Source of the DNA: Candidatus Entotheonellaceae bacterium
GTDB lineage: Bacteria > Tectomicrobia > Entotheonellia > Entotheonellales > Entotheonellaceae
NCBI GenBank assembly: GCA_965238075.1
Contig: OZ250173.1
Span: 576,001 to 640,000 of the forward strand
DNA: 64,000 nucleotides
Direction of reading: 5' to 3'
Shown here: one piece after another, positions 29,152 through 40,225 of the stretch
Position numbering within the stretch: position 1 is the stretch's first letter
How the letters are laid out: each line of letters starts with the position of its first letter
Notes under the pieces: generated by a model
What the model was told of the DNA's origin: nothing
Seen by the model: only the letters and a program-made list of their open reading frames with translations
Databases searched by the model: none
Position numbers and translations under genes: made by a program

Positions 29152-32100
29152 CTACACCCTGCCGGCGACACTAACGCCTGTCCAGTTTGGTGATGGTTTT
29201 TTCGTCGTTTCGGCGATCCGCCGGGCCGTGTCGCTGCCGTGCTGGACTTCGCCGGGCTTGACCGGGCGGCCGAGGATGGCGCCCTCGCGATACGAGAGCC
29301 ACTTCTTGAGCACCTGGTAGCCGCCGAGCCAGTAGTTCCAGATGGCAGCAGGAATGTTGCGCCAGTAGGCGCGGGCGTTGAGATACACGTCGAACGTGGT
29401 TTCGCCGAGCCCTGGCAGTGCGCCCCCCATCGCCATCCGTTCCGCCGGGGTGAAAGCCCTCTCCACGGCGCGGCCCTGTCCAGGCATCACCGCGTCGCCT
29501 GATCCGAAATGACCCCATCCCGCGGTCACCGCGAAATCCTCGCCCGTCATGTTGCGCCCGTCGGTCGTGGCGGGCACGGCGATGACGGCCATCTCCGGGC
29601 GCAGTGGCGCTTGGGTGACGCCCGGAACCGGCGTGTCGGGATTGAGGAGAGCCGCGAGTTGGCGTCCGCGCGCTGCGGATTCAACGAGCGCTTCCGCCGC
29701 CCCGTTGGCCTCGCCGTCTGGCCAGCCCGGAAGCAGGATGCGCGGCCCCTCAGCTCGCAGCGCATCGGCGTTAAGCTCGTTGTAGGCGAGATCATGGAGT
29801 ACGGCAACGACGTGGTAAAACAGGTTTTCCACGCCCGCGTCCAAACGACCGAGATAACGTTGCGCTGCTCCCGAAAGATTGGGACGGCGACTTGCTTCCC
29901 TGCTGTTGGCTCCGAGACCATCATCGGTTAACTGCACAGGGACACAATACACACCGCTGTTCATCTGATTCAGGTCGCCGATACTGGAAATAACCAGCGG
30001 TGGCGACAGGTCCGGCCGTGCCTTGTTTTGTAGGACCATCCACGCGTTCCCCTCGAAAACATGCGGCCGGTAATCGGCTCGCTTCTCGTCCAGCAGCTTC
30101 GTTTCCGCCTCCCAATAAAGCCACCGGTTGTCGAACGGCCGGTAGGCAAAGCGTACGAAACCGGTCTCATCCGGCCCGCCGCGTTTCAGCAGGGTATCGC
30201 GCACCGCTCGGGCATCAAACCGTGCTGTGGCCTTCATCGCCCCTGGATAGCGCCGCGCGATTTCCTCATGGCTCAGGCCCGCGTCGAAGTAATCGGCGAC
30301 GCGCGCCCGGAGCCGGTCCAAGTCGACGTCGACGAGAAACCCGTCACGGCTGGTCTTGACGCCAGGATACGACACCGGAAACAAATCGGGCAGGGACGGC
30401 CACTCGAACCACGCATCGCTCACCGCGGTTCGCACGAACGGCAGGCCGAGCGGCAAGACGGGCTTGACGCCTTCGTAAAGCGCGTCCGGCTCCGACTCAG
30501 CCGTTGCGATTAACTCCGCCGGCTTGGCCTGACCCCAGAGGTGCCGGAAGCCAACTGAATCCGCGGGCGCGTGGTCGGCCTTGCGCACCAGCGTCGTGAT
30601 GGCGGTGCCGACCTGAATGCCCACCGGATCGCCTGCCGTCGAGAATATGCTCGGGTCCGGCGAGCCATCCGGCGCCACCTTGCCGGTCTTGTATTTGTCG
30701 CCGTTCAGGCAGTCGATGCGGATGGCGTCGAACGCCTCCAGATAACGTTCCCGCATGCCCGTGAACGACAACCCGTCGAGCCACGAGTAGTTGGAGATGA
30801 AGCACACCACGCCCTGGCCCGTCTTGTCGGCGATGCGCCGTTCCGCCATGCGGAAGAAACGGACGTAGAGGTCGTTCAAACCCTTTCCTTCGGGGCGGCG
30901 TACTCGCTTCGTCGAGCGGTACGCTTGCGACAGTTCGCGCTCCTCGTCCATCGCCATGCCGGCAAAGCCGTTGTAGGGCGGATTGCCAAGGATGACGAGG
31001 ATCGGCGTTACCTGCTTGACCCGCTCCGCCCGGTCGCGCTCCTCCTCCAGTTCCGGGAAGGGCAGCGGCTTGGTCGTTCTCGGCTCCCAGCCGGTGAGCG
31101 CATTGGTGAGGAACACGCCGGCGCGTTCGGTTTCGTCGTCCGCCAGCGGCGCGCCGAGGTCCTGCAGGGCCAAGCCGACTTGCAGATGGGCGACGACGAA
31201 GGGGGCCGGCATGATCTCGAAGCCGAACACCCGTTGCGTCGCCGCCTGTTTCACCCGCGCGCCGGTGAGCGCCCCAAGGCCCTGCCCTTCGAGGTTGGCG
31301 GCGATGCGGCGCAGCACTTCGGCCAGATACGCGCCGGTGCCGCAGCACGGGTCGAGCACGTAGACGTTTTCCGCGGCGAGACCGTCCGGGATGCCAAGAT
31401 CGTCCTTCAGCGCCTTGTCCACGCGGGCGACCATGTAGCCGAACCACTTCGGTTGGCGTGTACCAGACGCCGAGTTGCTTGCGCAGGTCGGGATCGAAGG
31501 CTTCGAGGAAGGGTTCGTAGAAGTAAGGCACCGCCTCGCCCTCCTGGAAGCGGGCAAAGAAGGCGGGACGATCCACCCGGTCGAGCGCTGCCGCGGTCCA
31601 GTCCAGCACCTCGACGAGGCCGAGCGGCTGCAGGCGGCCGGGGTCGGAAAGTTGCTGGAACAACGCCCGCAACACGGGCGCGCGCAGATACCAGACCGCG
31701 GTGTGCCAGTCGAACGCACCGGTCGGCGGCGGCAGTTGTCGCGCCCACAACACCCAGGCGGAGAAAATGCCGTAGAACAGGGTCTGCACCAGGGTTGAAT
31801 GGAAGAAGTGCGCGCCGCGCTCTCCCTCAAACCGGACGCCGAGCGCCTCTTCCAAGGCGGAGCGCACTGCCTGGAGCGGCGCATCCCCCGCCGACTCAAC
31901 ACGGGCGAGGCCGTCGCGGGCGTAGGAAGCGAGCAGCCACGCTAAGTCCTTCGGTTCGGCCAGCGCCGCCCGGTGCGACAAGGCGCGGGCGAGATATTCG
32001 CCGAGTCCGGCGCCCACGTCACGGGCGAAGGCGCGCGGCTTATCCAATTTGCGAAGGAAGTCCTCCGCGTTGTCGGCCAGCCGGAAAGTTTCGAGCTTCG

Positions 32101-32524
32101 CGGGGCGGCCTGCTGGGTTTTCACCCACCAACACGAAATCGCGGGTGTTCGTCACCAGGATCAACCGGTAGCGGTTCCAGTAGCGCCTGACCTGATCGGA
32201 GTCCGCTGTGAGCCAGGCATCGTCATCGGCGGCCTTCACCTCGACCACGCCGCGCTCCGGCGTCTGGCCCTCGCGCGGTCGGCCCTTCTGCACCTGCCTC
32301 GCCGTGTAGAGACCGAAATCAGGATGCCCGGCGCCCTGATCGGCAAGCTCGCCGACGCAGAACACCTTGGGCTTGAGGGACTCGCCGATGGCGTTGAGCA
32401 GATTGGCGAGCGGCCCGTAGCTCGACCGCTCCCCGGTCGCGCCGCCCGATGCGCGCACCCGTCCAAGATCGCCGAAGTACGCCTCGACGGCCGCTGTCAG
32501 TTTTGTGTTCGTTGCCATCATCAT
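29152..32524 (-). pseudogene. Single-chain restriction-modification enzyme (nuclease + N6-MTase + type ISP-like C-terminal domain), frameshifted at ~31440
   Basis: PDFGL...VEVK, GVWYTP | YMVARVD, LDPCCGTG and GNPPY motifs spread over two frames. Confidence 0.85.
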
Positions 32525-32735
32525 TCCTATAGCCCGCAAGGGTATCGGGGATTGCTGGCTGACCGTTGCGGGATGCAACATTGTTGCAAATCAGCACACC
32601 CGCCAATTTTCCCGCAGATCACGTCATAAGCGACGCGATTTCAGAGAATTAGCCGCCTCCCCTTCCCTTCGGCCTCTTTCGAGCCGCTGCATTCTGCATC
32701 AGCCCGACATCCCTTATTCCCACGTATCCATGATC

Positions 32736-32892
32736 TAGAGTATTTTTGGTTCTGATTGAATCGCTCAATGCTCCAAGGCGGTCATTCCGGGCTTGACCCG
32801 GAATCCAGCGGCCCCCGAAAACCTCTGGACTGCGGCCTTCGCCGGAGTGACATGGAATTAATGTCAAGCCATTATGATCCAAAAGTGCTCTA
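32736..32892. mobile_element. MITE-like element with a REP-like core
   Basis: TIRs TAGAGTATTTTTGGTTC / GATCCAAAAGTGCTCTA; core GTCATTCCGGGCTTGACCCGGAATC...GCCGGAGTGAC. Confidence 0.65.
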
Positions 32893-33016
32893 CCGTTCTT
32901 TCGTTCAAAGGACTTATTCGTTTGCCAGGGACTTGGCACGGTTCGTGCGTTTGTAATGGAACCGCTTGGTCGGCACCAAACCGGTCGAGCTTTACGACAA
33001 TTGGAGCCATATCCGA

Positions 33017-33289
33017 CAGCAGAAGTCTGTATGGAACAGCAGAATGACGAATGACCCATCCTGCCTGAAAGAACGGCTTGGGAATTGAGCCACCCTCATC
33101 CGTGGACGACGAACGGGAATATGGTCCACCCCTCCATTTCATGCCGTCGGCACTTGCCGCGTCCTGCTTCCGGCGCCGGCATGGAATTGGCCACGTTACC
33201 CGGAAGGCCATCGCATCGTCCTTCCCGCCATTGCCCCGCCTTACTTCGTCACGCCCCCTTCATTCAGGTTCCATACAGGCTGACTGCTG
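33017..33289. mobile_element. Non-coding element bounded by ~21-bp inverted repeats
   Basis: CAGCAGAAGTCTGTATGGAAC versus GTTCCATACAGGCTGACTGCTG. Confidence 0.5.
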
Positions 33290-33524
33290 GCTTCGCGGCA
33301 AATGCGGACTGCTCTTCACTGATCGGACCTACAACTGACACCCGTGTCCGGGCTCGTAATGGCGGTGGCGCCGTCCTTAAACGGCAGCGCAATTATCGCC
33401 GGGAGGAAGGCACTGCTGGGCGGGGAGCATTAGGATTGACGGGGGAAGGAAGCACCTGCAAAGGCCGCCATCGGCGATGACGGCCTTCGGTTGGCTGTGG
33501 GCGTAGCTGTCGGTCGGAATCAGG

Positions 33525-34403
33525 CTACAGGGCGGTGCCGACCGTGGCAAACGAATCGCGCCCGCGGGCATAAGAGCGAATGTCCTGCCCCGCGTTGCGG
33601 TTGACAAACTCGCGGCCCCACATGGGGTGGCGCATGCTGCGCACCTCATGCTCAAGGGTGAATAGGACCTTACCGGTGTCGGGATGCACGATGTCCTGGA
33701 AACGGTACTGGCAGGTATCGCTTTCTTCGGTGATCAGGCCGTGCTCGTCCAGAAAGGCGTGCGGGCCGGAGAAATTAGCCACATAAACGGCGATGTGATG
33801 GCCGTCGTAGGCCGGAATGGCTTTCCGGGTTTCGCGGAAAACCAGCTTCTGTTCACAGCCGACGAGCACTTCGACGACGGCGCCGTTGGTGTCTTCCGAC
33901 AGCGTGTAGGGCGCCTGCATGACGGTCTTGTAAAACTGTCCGATGCCTGCCGCCGTGCCCCGCTTGACCGGAAACTCGACATACGGAATGCCCAGGCTCA
34001 TGTCGCCGAATTCTTCTTGGTCCGGCGCGTGGCAGCGGAACTGGTTGCCCCACGGCCCGGTGACGTTGACGTGGCCGTTTTCTTCGGCGCAGGTGAATTG
34101 CGTGTCCGTCATCTGCTCCTGAAGCGCCGTGAGACGCATCTTGAGGGCCTCGAGGTCGGGCACTACCAGGCCGATGACGCCCCGTAGCACTTGCGGCTCG
34201 CGGGTTGGCAGGTGAAACTGCTGCTGCCCGACGTTTATCCACATGTTTTCGGCACTCACCATCATGTAGGGGTCACGGGTAAAGCCCAGGCCGGAAACGT
34301 AAAACTGCGTGGCCGTCACCTGGTCGGGGGCCGTCACGTTGACGTGCTCCATCGCCAGGATGTTGCCAACGTCTTGCGATGCACGGTCGAATATCTTCTT
34401 CAT
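33525..34403 (-). CDS. VOC/glyoxalase-like two-domain protein
   Basis: EHVNV..PDQ..A..FY..GLG.TRDPY, QFHLP and YDGHHIAVY. Confidence 0.75.
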   Translation of the reverse strand: MKKIFDRASQDVGNILAMEHVNVTAPDQVTATQFYVSGLGFTRDPYMMVSAENMWINVGQQQFHLPTREPQVLRGVIGLVVPDLEALKMRLTALQEQMTDTQFTCAEENGHVNVTGPWGNQFRCHAPDQEEFGDMSLGIPYVEFPVKRGTAAGIGQFYKTVMQAPYTLSEDTNGAVVEVLVGCEQKLVFRETRKAIPAYDGHHIAVYVANFSGPHAFLDEHGLITEESDTCQYRFQDIVHPDTGKVLFTLEHEVRSMRHPMWGREFVNRNAGQDIRSYARGRDSFATVGTAL

Positions 34404-34462
34404 GGGAACCGGTCTCCTCAACATAAGCAGGAACGAGTTTGATACCGGGGGAACGCGGCGGA

Positions 34463-35401
34463 TTATAGCACAGGCGTCTCAACCGACGGTTCCGGTTCGG
34501 GCAGGGGCTTGCCCAGCACGTGCCGCAGAGCACTCTCGAGGTCTGGATAGCGAAAGGCGTAGCCCGAGGCGTTGAGCTTGGCCGGTTCCACGCGCGTGCT
34601 GGCCAGCAGCAAGGCGTCGGCCATCTCGCCGAACAGCAGACGGGCGGCAAAGGCCGGCACGGCAAATCGTGTCGGGCGCCGTAACACTCGGCCCAACGTC
34701 TTGGTAAAATCGCGATTGCTGACCGGCTCGGGCGCCACGAGATTCACGGCGCCGTGCAAGGATTCCGTGGCCAGCACGTGAGAAACGGCACCCACGACGT
34801 CGTCCAGCGTGATCCAGCTCATGACTTGGGCGCCGCCGCCAAGCACCCCGCCGAGGCCGAGCCGGAACGGCGTCAGCATCTGGCCCAAGGCGCCGCCGGA
34901 AGCGCTCAGCACCATGCCCAAGCGCAGCGACACGACCCGGATGCCGCGTTCTGCCGCCGGAGCCGCCGCTGCTTCCCAGTCAACGCAGACGCGCGCCAGA
35001 AAATCTTCCCCGGCGCGGCCCCCTTCCCGCAGCAGGCGCTCGCCGCGGTTGCCGTAATACCCAATGGCCGAGGCGCATACGAAGGTCTTGGGCGGCCTGA
35101 CGACCTGTTGCAGCGCCTCGCAGATGACCTGGGTGCCGCGCACCCGGCTGTCGTAGATACGCCGCTTCTTGTCCGCCGTCCAGCGTCCGGTGATGCTCTC
35201 GCCGGCCAGATGCACGACGGCGTCCAGCCCCTCCAGGGCCGGCGGGGGCATGCGTCCGGCCTCCGGCTGCCAGGCCACTTCTCCCCATCCCGGCCGCGCC
35301 CGCCCGCGAACCAGCCTCGTCACCCGGTGCCCCGCCGCTTCAAGGAACGGCGTTAAAGCCGAACCGATCAGACCGTTTGTTCCGCTTACGAGTATGTGCA
35401 T
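34463..35401 (-). CDS. TIGR01777-family NAD-dependent epimerase/oxidoreductase
   Basis: G.NGLIG, HLAGE, SAIGYYG, C..WE, LGLGG..G.G.Q.MSWI. Confidence 0.92.
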   Translation of the reverse strand: MHILVSGTNGLIGSALTPFLEAAGHRVTRLVRGRARPGWGEVAWQPEAGRMPPPALEGLDAVVHLAGESITGRWTADKKRRIYDSRVRGTQVICEALQQVVRPPKTFVCASAIGYYGNRGERLLREGGRAGEDFLARVCVDWEAAAAPAAERGIRVVSLRLGMVLSASGGALGQMLTPFRLGLGGVLGGGAQVMSWITLDDVVGAVSHVLATESLHGAVNLVAPEPVSNRDFTKTLGRVLRRPTRFAVPAFAARLLFGEMADALLLASTRVEPAKLNASGYAFRYPDLESALRHVLGKPLPEPEPSVETPVL

Positions 35402-35454
35402 AGCCTCTCCAGTTGACGTGCCAGACATGGCTTCATGCTGGCCTACCCTCTCCT

Positions 35455-35495
35455 CGCCCCCTCACCCCAACACTCTCCCTCCAGGGAAGAGGGGA
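35455..35495 (+). repeat. REP-like repeat (CCCCTCACCCCAAC family)
   Basis: CCCCTCACCCCAACACTCTCCCTCCAGGGAAGAGGGG hairpin. Confidence 0.55.
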
Positions 35496-35501
35496 AAGAC
35501 A

Positions 35502-36269
35502 CTACCCCAGCGAGACGATGCCCTCCGCCACCGGCTCAAGGCGTTCCAGAACCAGGGGATCGTGCCCAGGAACGATCAGGTCCGGCTTGTCGGCTAGTTC
35601 CCGCATGCGCTCGAAGCTGTCGTACATGCCGGGCAAGTCGTGCAGCACCATGAACGGCACGTCCTTCTCGATGTTGTGGTAATAATGCGACGCGTCCGTC
35701 GCGAGGACGGCCCGACCCAGGGCGGTCTGCACCGTGACGATCTGCAGGCCGGCGGTGTGGCCGCCGACCCGGTATACGTGCACGCCCGGGACGATCTCGC
35801 GCACGCCGTCAACCAGCGTCAGCCGCCCCTCGTAGTTGTAACGCACCATGGCCACCACGTCGTCCACCTCGATGGAGCGCCGGAAGGCGGCGTGGCGCAC
35901 GTACTTGCCGGTGTAGAAACGCATTTCGTCTTCCTGCAGGTAGAACGTGGCGTTCGGGAACAACTCGTAGTTGCCAACGTGATCGTAGTGCAGGTGGCTG
36001 ACGACGACGTGCGAGACGCTGGCGCAGTCGATACCCAGTTCCGCCAAACCTACCGACGGGCAGCGCAGGAACTCGCGCCCGCGGCGCGTGCCGACTGCCT
36101 CCGTGAAGCCTAGATCGACGATCACCGTGTGCCGGTCGTTCACCAGCGCCCACACGAAGTAGGACATCTTCATCGGCGTGTCGTGGTAGTCCCCGTAGAA
36201 CAATTCCGTCGAGGTGGTCTCCCGACGGGCGTATTGCACCGCGTAGATGGTGTATGGCGAGAGCGACAT
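35502..36269 (-). CDS. N-acyl-homoserine-lactonase-family MBL hydrolase
   Basis: SHLHYDHVG, GGHT.GLQ, DASH and PGHDP. Confidence 0.88.
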   Translation of the reverse strand: MSLSPYTIYAVQYARRETTSTELFYGDYHDTPMKMSYFVWALVNDRHTVIVDLGFTEAVGTRRGREFLRCPSVGLAELGIDCASVSHVVVSHLHYDHVGNYELFPNATFYLQEDEMRFYTGKYVRHAAFRRSIEVDDVVAMVRYNYEGRLTLVDGVREIVPGVHVYRVGGHTAGLQIVTVQTALGRAVLATDASHYYHNIEKDVPFMVLHDLPGMYDSFERMRELADKPDLIVPGHDPLVLERLEPVAEGIVSLG

Positions 36270-36464
36270 GGTTCCCCCCTTGGATCCTCGTTATCACCGG
36301 CCTGCATCGAGGTGCGCGTGGCTGCGTGACGTTCGTCAGTATTGTAGATTCTCCGCCTCACAGATTAAAGGTGTTCATTGCCGAATGCCACGCAGCCGTC
36401 GATTTCCCCAGGATACGTTTCAGGCTCTTTCCTCCCCGAATTCAAACACGGAGGTCACGTTGTG

Positions 36465-37214
36465 ATGCACACGGATACGCCCCTGGGTTTCGCCCTTAAA
36501 CTCGCACTTCTCACGTCGGTCCTGTTTCTTCCCGCCAACGTATTGGCGCAGGCCGAGATGACCCAACCGACCGAGCCTGCGCAGCAGATGTCCGTGGAAG
36601 AAGTGGGCATGCAGCGGCTCGACGTCATTGAAGTGACCGCCACCAAACAGGACCTGCTGTCCGTGCAGGACGTGCCGTTCTCGGTAAATGTGCAATCCGA
36701 AGTAGACCTCCAACGCCAGAATGCCGCAACGCTGGAAGACCTGTCCCGCACCGTGCGCGATGCCGACGGTAATGTCGTTGGCGGCGTGAAAGAAGGCAAT
36801 CGCTTGGCTTCCGTGCCCGAATGGCGGTTGTCGGCATCCGGCACGTACACGCTGCCGGGCATCCTGGGCGCCGAGGAAAGTCACCTGTCCGCCTCATGGC
36901 AGTATGTCGGCGATCAATACACCCAGCCCGGCGACCAGGAACCCGGCGCCGGAAGCTTCGAACACAATCTGCCCTTTGGCGGTGCCACCGGCAATGAAGT
37001 CACCACCCTGGACCTGAAGCTGCCCGCCTACAGCCTTGTCAACCTGCGGGCCGGGCTGCTGTATGGCAACTGGGAGTTGATGCTCTACGTCGACAACGTG
37101 ACGAATGAAAACGCCCTGTTGTCCTTCGACCGTGAACGCGGCGGCCGCGCCCGCTTGGGATACCGGGTCGGGCAGCCGCTCACCCTGGGCGCGACGATGC
37201 GCTGGTTTTTCTAG
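36465..37214 (+). pseudogene. TonB-dependent receptor remnant with a large in-frame internal deletion
   Basis: Signal peptide, VIEVTATK and DVPFSV (plug start) joined at ~36749 to the C-terminal barrel strands ending ...ATMRWFF. Confidence 0.75.
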
Positions 37215-37246
37215 GACGGATCGGAAGCCACCTGGCCTCTGGTGCG

Positions 37247-37378
37247 CTACGTACCGGAGGCCAACTGTTCCTTGAGAGCCTGGGAACGGGATTCGTTCAG
37301 ACCCGTGGCGGCTTCGGCGGTATCGGAGAAGACGGCGCGAAAGAGTCTGTCGTGAGGCTGGGCGATCTCGTCGGCCAT
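37247..37378 (-). pseudogene. Rpn-family (YhgA-like) nuclease/transposase N-terminal fragment
   Basis: PHDRLFRAVFSD motif; only 43 aa remain. Confidence 0.65.
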
Positions 37379-37446
37379 GGCTTCAAAGCCCCGACTTGTA
37401 AAACGCCTTGACGGTCCGCCGGCGATTCCAAGGCTGTTTTTGCCTG

Positions 37447-38643
37447 TCAGGGGCGCTCGAACAGCGCGGCGACGCCCTGGCCGCCGCCGACACACATGGT
37501 CTCCAGGCCGTAGCGGGCGTCTCGGCGCTGCATCTCGTGCAGCAGGGTCGTCAAGATGCGCGCACCGGTGGCGGCGATGGGATGTCCGAGCGAAATGCCG
37601 GAGCCGTGCACGTTCAGCTTGCTGTCATCCTCCAGCTTCCACTCCTTCACCACCGCCAGTACCTGGGAGGCGAAAGCCTCATTGAGCTCGATCACGTCGA
37701 GGTCGTCGAACGTCACGCCGGTGCGGGCGAACAGTTTCTGCACCGCCGGCACCGGCCCGATTCCCATATAGGCTGGATGCACCCCGGCCACTGACCAGCC
37801 CCTCAGAAAGGCCATCGGCGTCAGCCCCAGCTCGTCGAGCTTGTCGGCTGCCACGACGAGGCAGACCGACGCGGCATCGTTTTGCGAGCTGGCGTTCCCC
37901 GCCGTTACGGTGCCGCCCTTTGTCATCGGGCGCAGCTTGGCGAGAACCTCCAGGGACGTGTCAGGACGCGGCCCCTCGTCGGCGTTGAACACCTTGGGAT
38001 CACCACGCCGCTGCGGCATGCTGACCGGCACGATCTCGTCGGCGAACAGGCCCTGCTCCCGCGCTGCCACGGCGCGCTGGTGGCTGCGTAGGGCGTAAGC
38101 ATCCTGCTCCTCACGCGAGATGTCGTGGCGCTCGGCGAGGTTTTCCGCTGTCTCGACCATCCCGGAGATGAACCCGAAACGCTCCTCGGGGGCCACAGTG
38201 GAACGTGCCCGCGTCAGGCGGTCGTGCAGGGTCACCGAGCCCAGGCGGCTGCCGCTCCGCATGTCCGTGCTGTAGAACTCCACCCGGCTCATGCTCTCGA
38301 CGCCGCCGGCGATCACCACATCTGCGTTGCCGGTTTGGACCATCATGCTGGCGTTGAGGATGGCTTGCAGGCCCGACGAGCAGCGGCGGTCCAACTGGTA
38401 TCCCGGCACCTCGATGGGCAGCCCGGCCTTCAGGGCGCACAGGCGGCCGATCGCCGGCTCCTCGCCGCTCGCATAGCCGTGCCCCAGGATGACCTCGTCA
38501 ACCTTTTCGGGCGCCAGGCTCGTGCGTTCCAAGGCGGCTTTGATGACCGTCGACCCCAACTCGGCAGCAGACACGTCCTTCAGCGCCCCACCAAAGCTCC
38601 CGACCGCCGTGCGAACAGGGCTGACAATGGCGACATCTCTCAC
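37447..38643 (-). CDS. Acetyl-CoA C-acyltransferase (thiolase)
   Basis: RRCSSG, GGVESMS, NEAFA, GHPIAATG and CVGGGQG. Confidence 0.95.
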   Translation of the reverse strand: MRDVAIVSPVRTAVGSFGGALKDVSAAELGSTVIKAALERTSLAPEKVDEVILGHGYASGEEPAIGRLCALKAGLPIEVPGYQLDRRCSSGLQAILNASMMVQTGNADVVIAGGVESMSRVEFYSTDMRSGSRLGSVTLHDRLTRARSTVAPEERFGFISGMVETAENLAERHDISREEQDAYALRSHQRAVAAREQGLFADEIVPVSMPQRRGDPKVFNADEGPRPDTSLEVLAKLRPMTKGGTVTAGNASSQNDAASVCLVVAADKLDELGLTPMAFLRGWSVAGVHPAYMGIGPVPAVQKLFARTGVTFDDLDVIELNEAFASQVLAVVKEWKLEDDSKLNVHGSGISLGHPIAATGARILTTLLHEMQRRDARYGLETMCVGGGQGVAALFERP

Positions 38644-38824
38644 GGTGTTTCCCCTTGTTTATGAAAGGTTGTATACGCGGGTGGTCCCTGAAATATGGAG
38701 GTGAACGACTGTAGGATATTCGACGGCCGCAAGCAACCGCCACAGGGTTGACCCTGTTCGGCCCGGCGCCTTACACTGCCAACAGTAAGCAACAAGTAAA
38801 GCGCTCTACGGAAGGACGCAACCC

Positions 38825-40207
38825 ATGCAGGAAGAACCCACCAGCTTACGTATCGAGGACCCCGGCGTTCGGAGCCTGTTCTCGGAGACGGCGCGCTACC
38901 AGGCTTGGCTGGACGTCGAAGCTGCCTTGGCGCAGGCGCAAGCGGAACTCGACATCATCCCGGCAGAGGCGGCCGCGGAGATCACCCGCAAGGCGAAACT
39001 TTCCTACCTCAACATGGACGCCATCCGGGAGGGCCTGGCGCGCACCGGGCACCCCCTGGTACCGCTGGTCTGGGAGCTGGACCGGGTGTGCGACGGTGAC
39101 GCCGGCGGCTACGTGCACTGGGGGGCGACGACGCAGAACATCACGCAGACCGGACAGCTCCTGCTGGTGCGGCGAGCACACACGATCTTCCTCACCCAAC
39201 TGGCCGCCCTGCTCAACCTGCTGGCCGACCTCGCCGAGGAGACCAAGGACGCCCTGCTGCCGGGACGAACGCATGGGCAGCACGCGGTCCCAGCAACCTT
39301 TGGTTACAAGGTGGCGGTATGGATCGACGAGTTGTGCCGCCACGTGGAACGCCTGCGCGGCTGCGAGGAGCGCGTCTTCGTCGCCATGCTGGGCGGCGCT
39401 GCCGGCACCCTCGCGTCGCTGGGCGAGTTGGGCCTACCGACGCAGGCGTTGATGGCGCAGCGTCTTGGCATGACGCCCATGCCGGTGCCGTCGCGCACCT
39501 TGGGCGATCATCAGGCAGAGTACGTGAGCCTGCTCGGCCTGCTTGCCGCCACCAGCAGCAAAATCGGGCGGGAAATTTACACGCTCATGAAGCAGGAATT
39601 CGGCGAGGTCGAGGAGCCGGTACCGACGGGCACGGTGGGTAGCAGCACCATGCCGCAAAAGCGCAATCCCAAGCTGGCACAGGACGTCGTGGCGGCGGCG
39701 GCGCAGGTGCGCACTCTGGTGCCGCTGGCGCTGGAAGCCATGCAGACCGAGCACGAGGCCGACCGCACGACCAGCATCATGATGCAACGCGCCATCAGCG
39801 AGGCGTGCGGCCTGACCGGCGACATTCTGCAACGACTCATCGCGCTGTTCTCGGGCCTGCAGGTATTTCCCGAACGCATGCGCCGCAACCTCGACCTCAG
39901 CGGCGGCCTGATCATGGCAGAGGCGCTGATGCTCGAGCTCGGCAAGCAGATGGGCCGACAACGGGCGCACGACGTCATCTACGATCTGGCGCAGGCAGCC
40001 GTGACCGAGGAACAGTCATTTCAAGAATTGCTGGCCGCCGACCCTGCGGTCCGGGATCATCTGAGCGACGAACAGATCGCCGCCCTGCTGGATCCGGGCC
40101 GCTACACCGGCATGTGCCGTCATTTCGCCGAGCAGGGCGCTATCCAGGCCCGCGAGACTGCGACCGCTATCAACCGTCGCACTGTGACCGAACGACCCTC
40201 AACCTAA
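38825..40207 (+). CDS. Adenylosuccinate lyase / PcaB-like fumarase-aspartase superfamily lyase
   Basis: HWGATTQ, GRTHGQHA and GSSTMPQKRNP. Confidence 0.88.
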   Translation: MQEEPTSLRIEDPGVRSLFSETARYQAWLDVEAALAQAQAELDIIPAEAAAEITRKAKLSYLNMDAIREGLARTGHPLVPLVWELDRVCDGDAGGYVHWGATTQNITQTGQLLLVRRAHTIFLTQLAALLNLLADLAEETKDALLPGRTHGQHAVPATFGYKVAVWIDELCRHVERLRGCEERVFVAMLGGAAGTLASLGELGLPTQALMAQRLGMTPMPVPSRTLGDHQAEYVSLLGLLAATSSKIGREIYTLMKQEFGEVEEPVPTGTVGSSTMPQKRNPKLAQDVVAAAAQVRTLVPLALEAMQTEHEADRTTSIMMQRAISEACGLTGDILQRLIALFSGLQVFPERMRRNLDLSGGLIMAEALMLELGKQMGRQRAHDVIYDLAQAAVTEEQSFQELLAADPAVRDHLSDEQIAALLDPGRYTGMCRHFAEQGAIQARETATAINRRTVTERPST

Positions 40208-40225
40208 TGCAGGAGAAATTATTTC

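Noticed and set aside
38825-40207. Naming this gene purB or pcaB
   Set aside because: The superfamily signature is clear, but neither sequence nor context discriminates between them.
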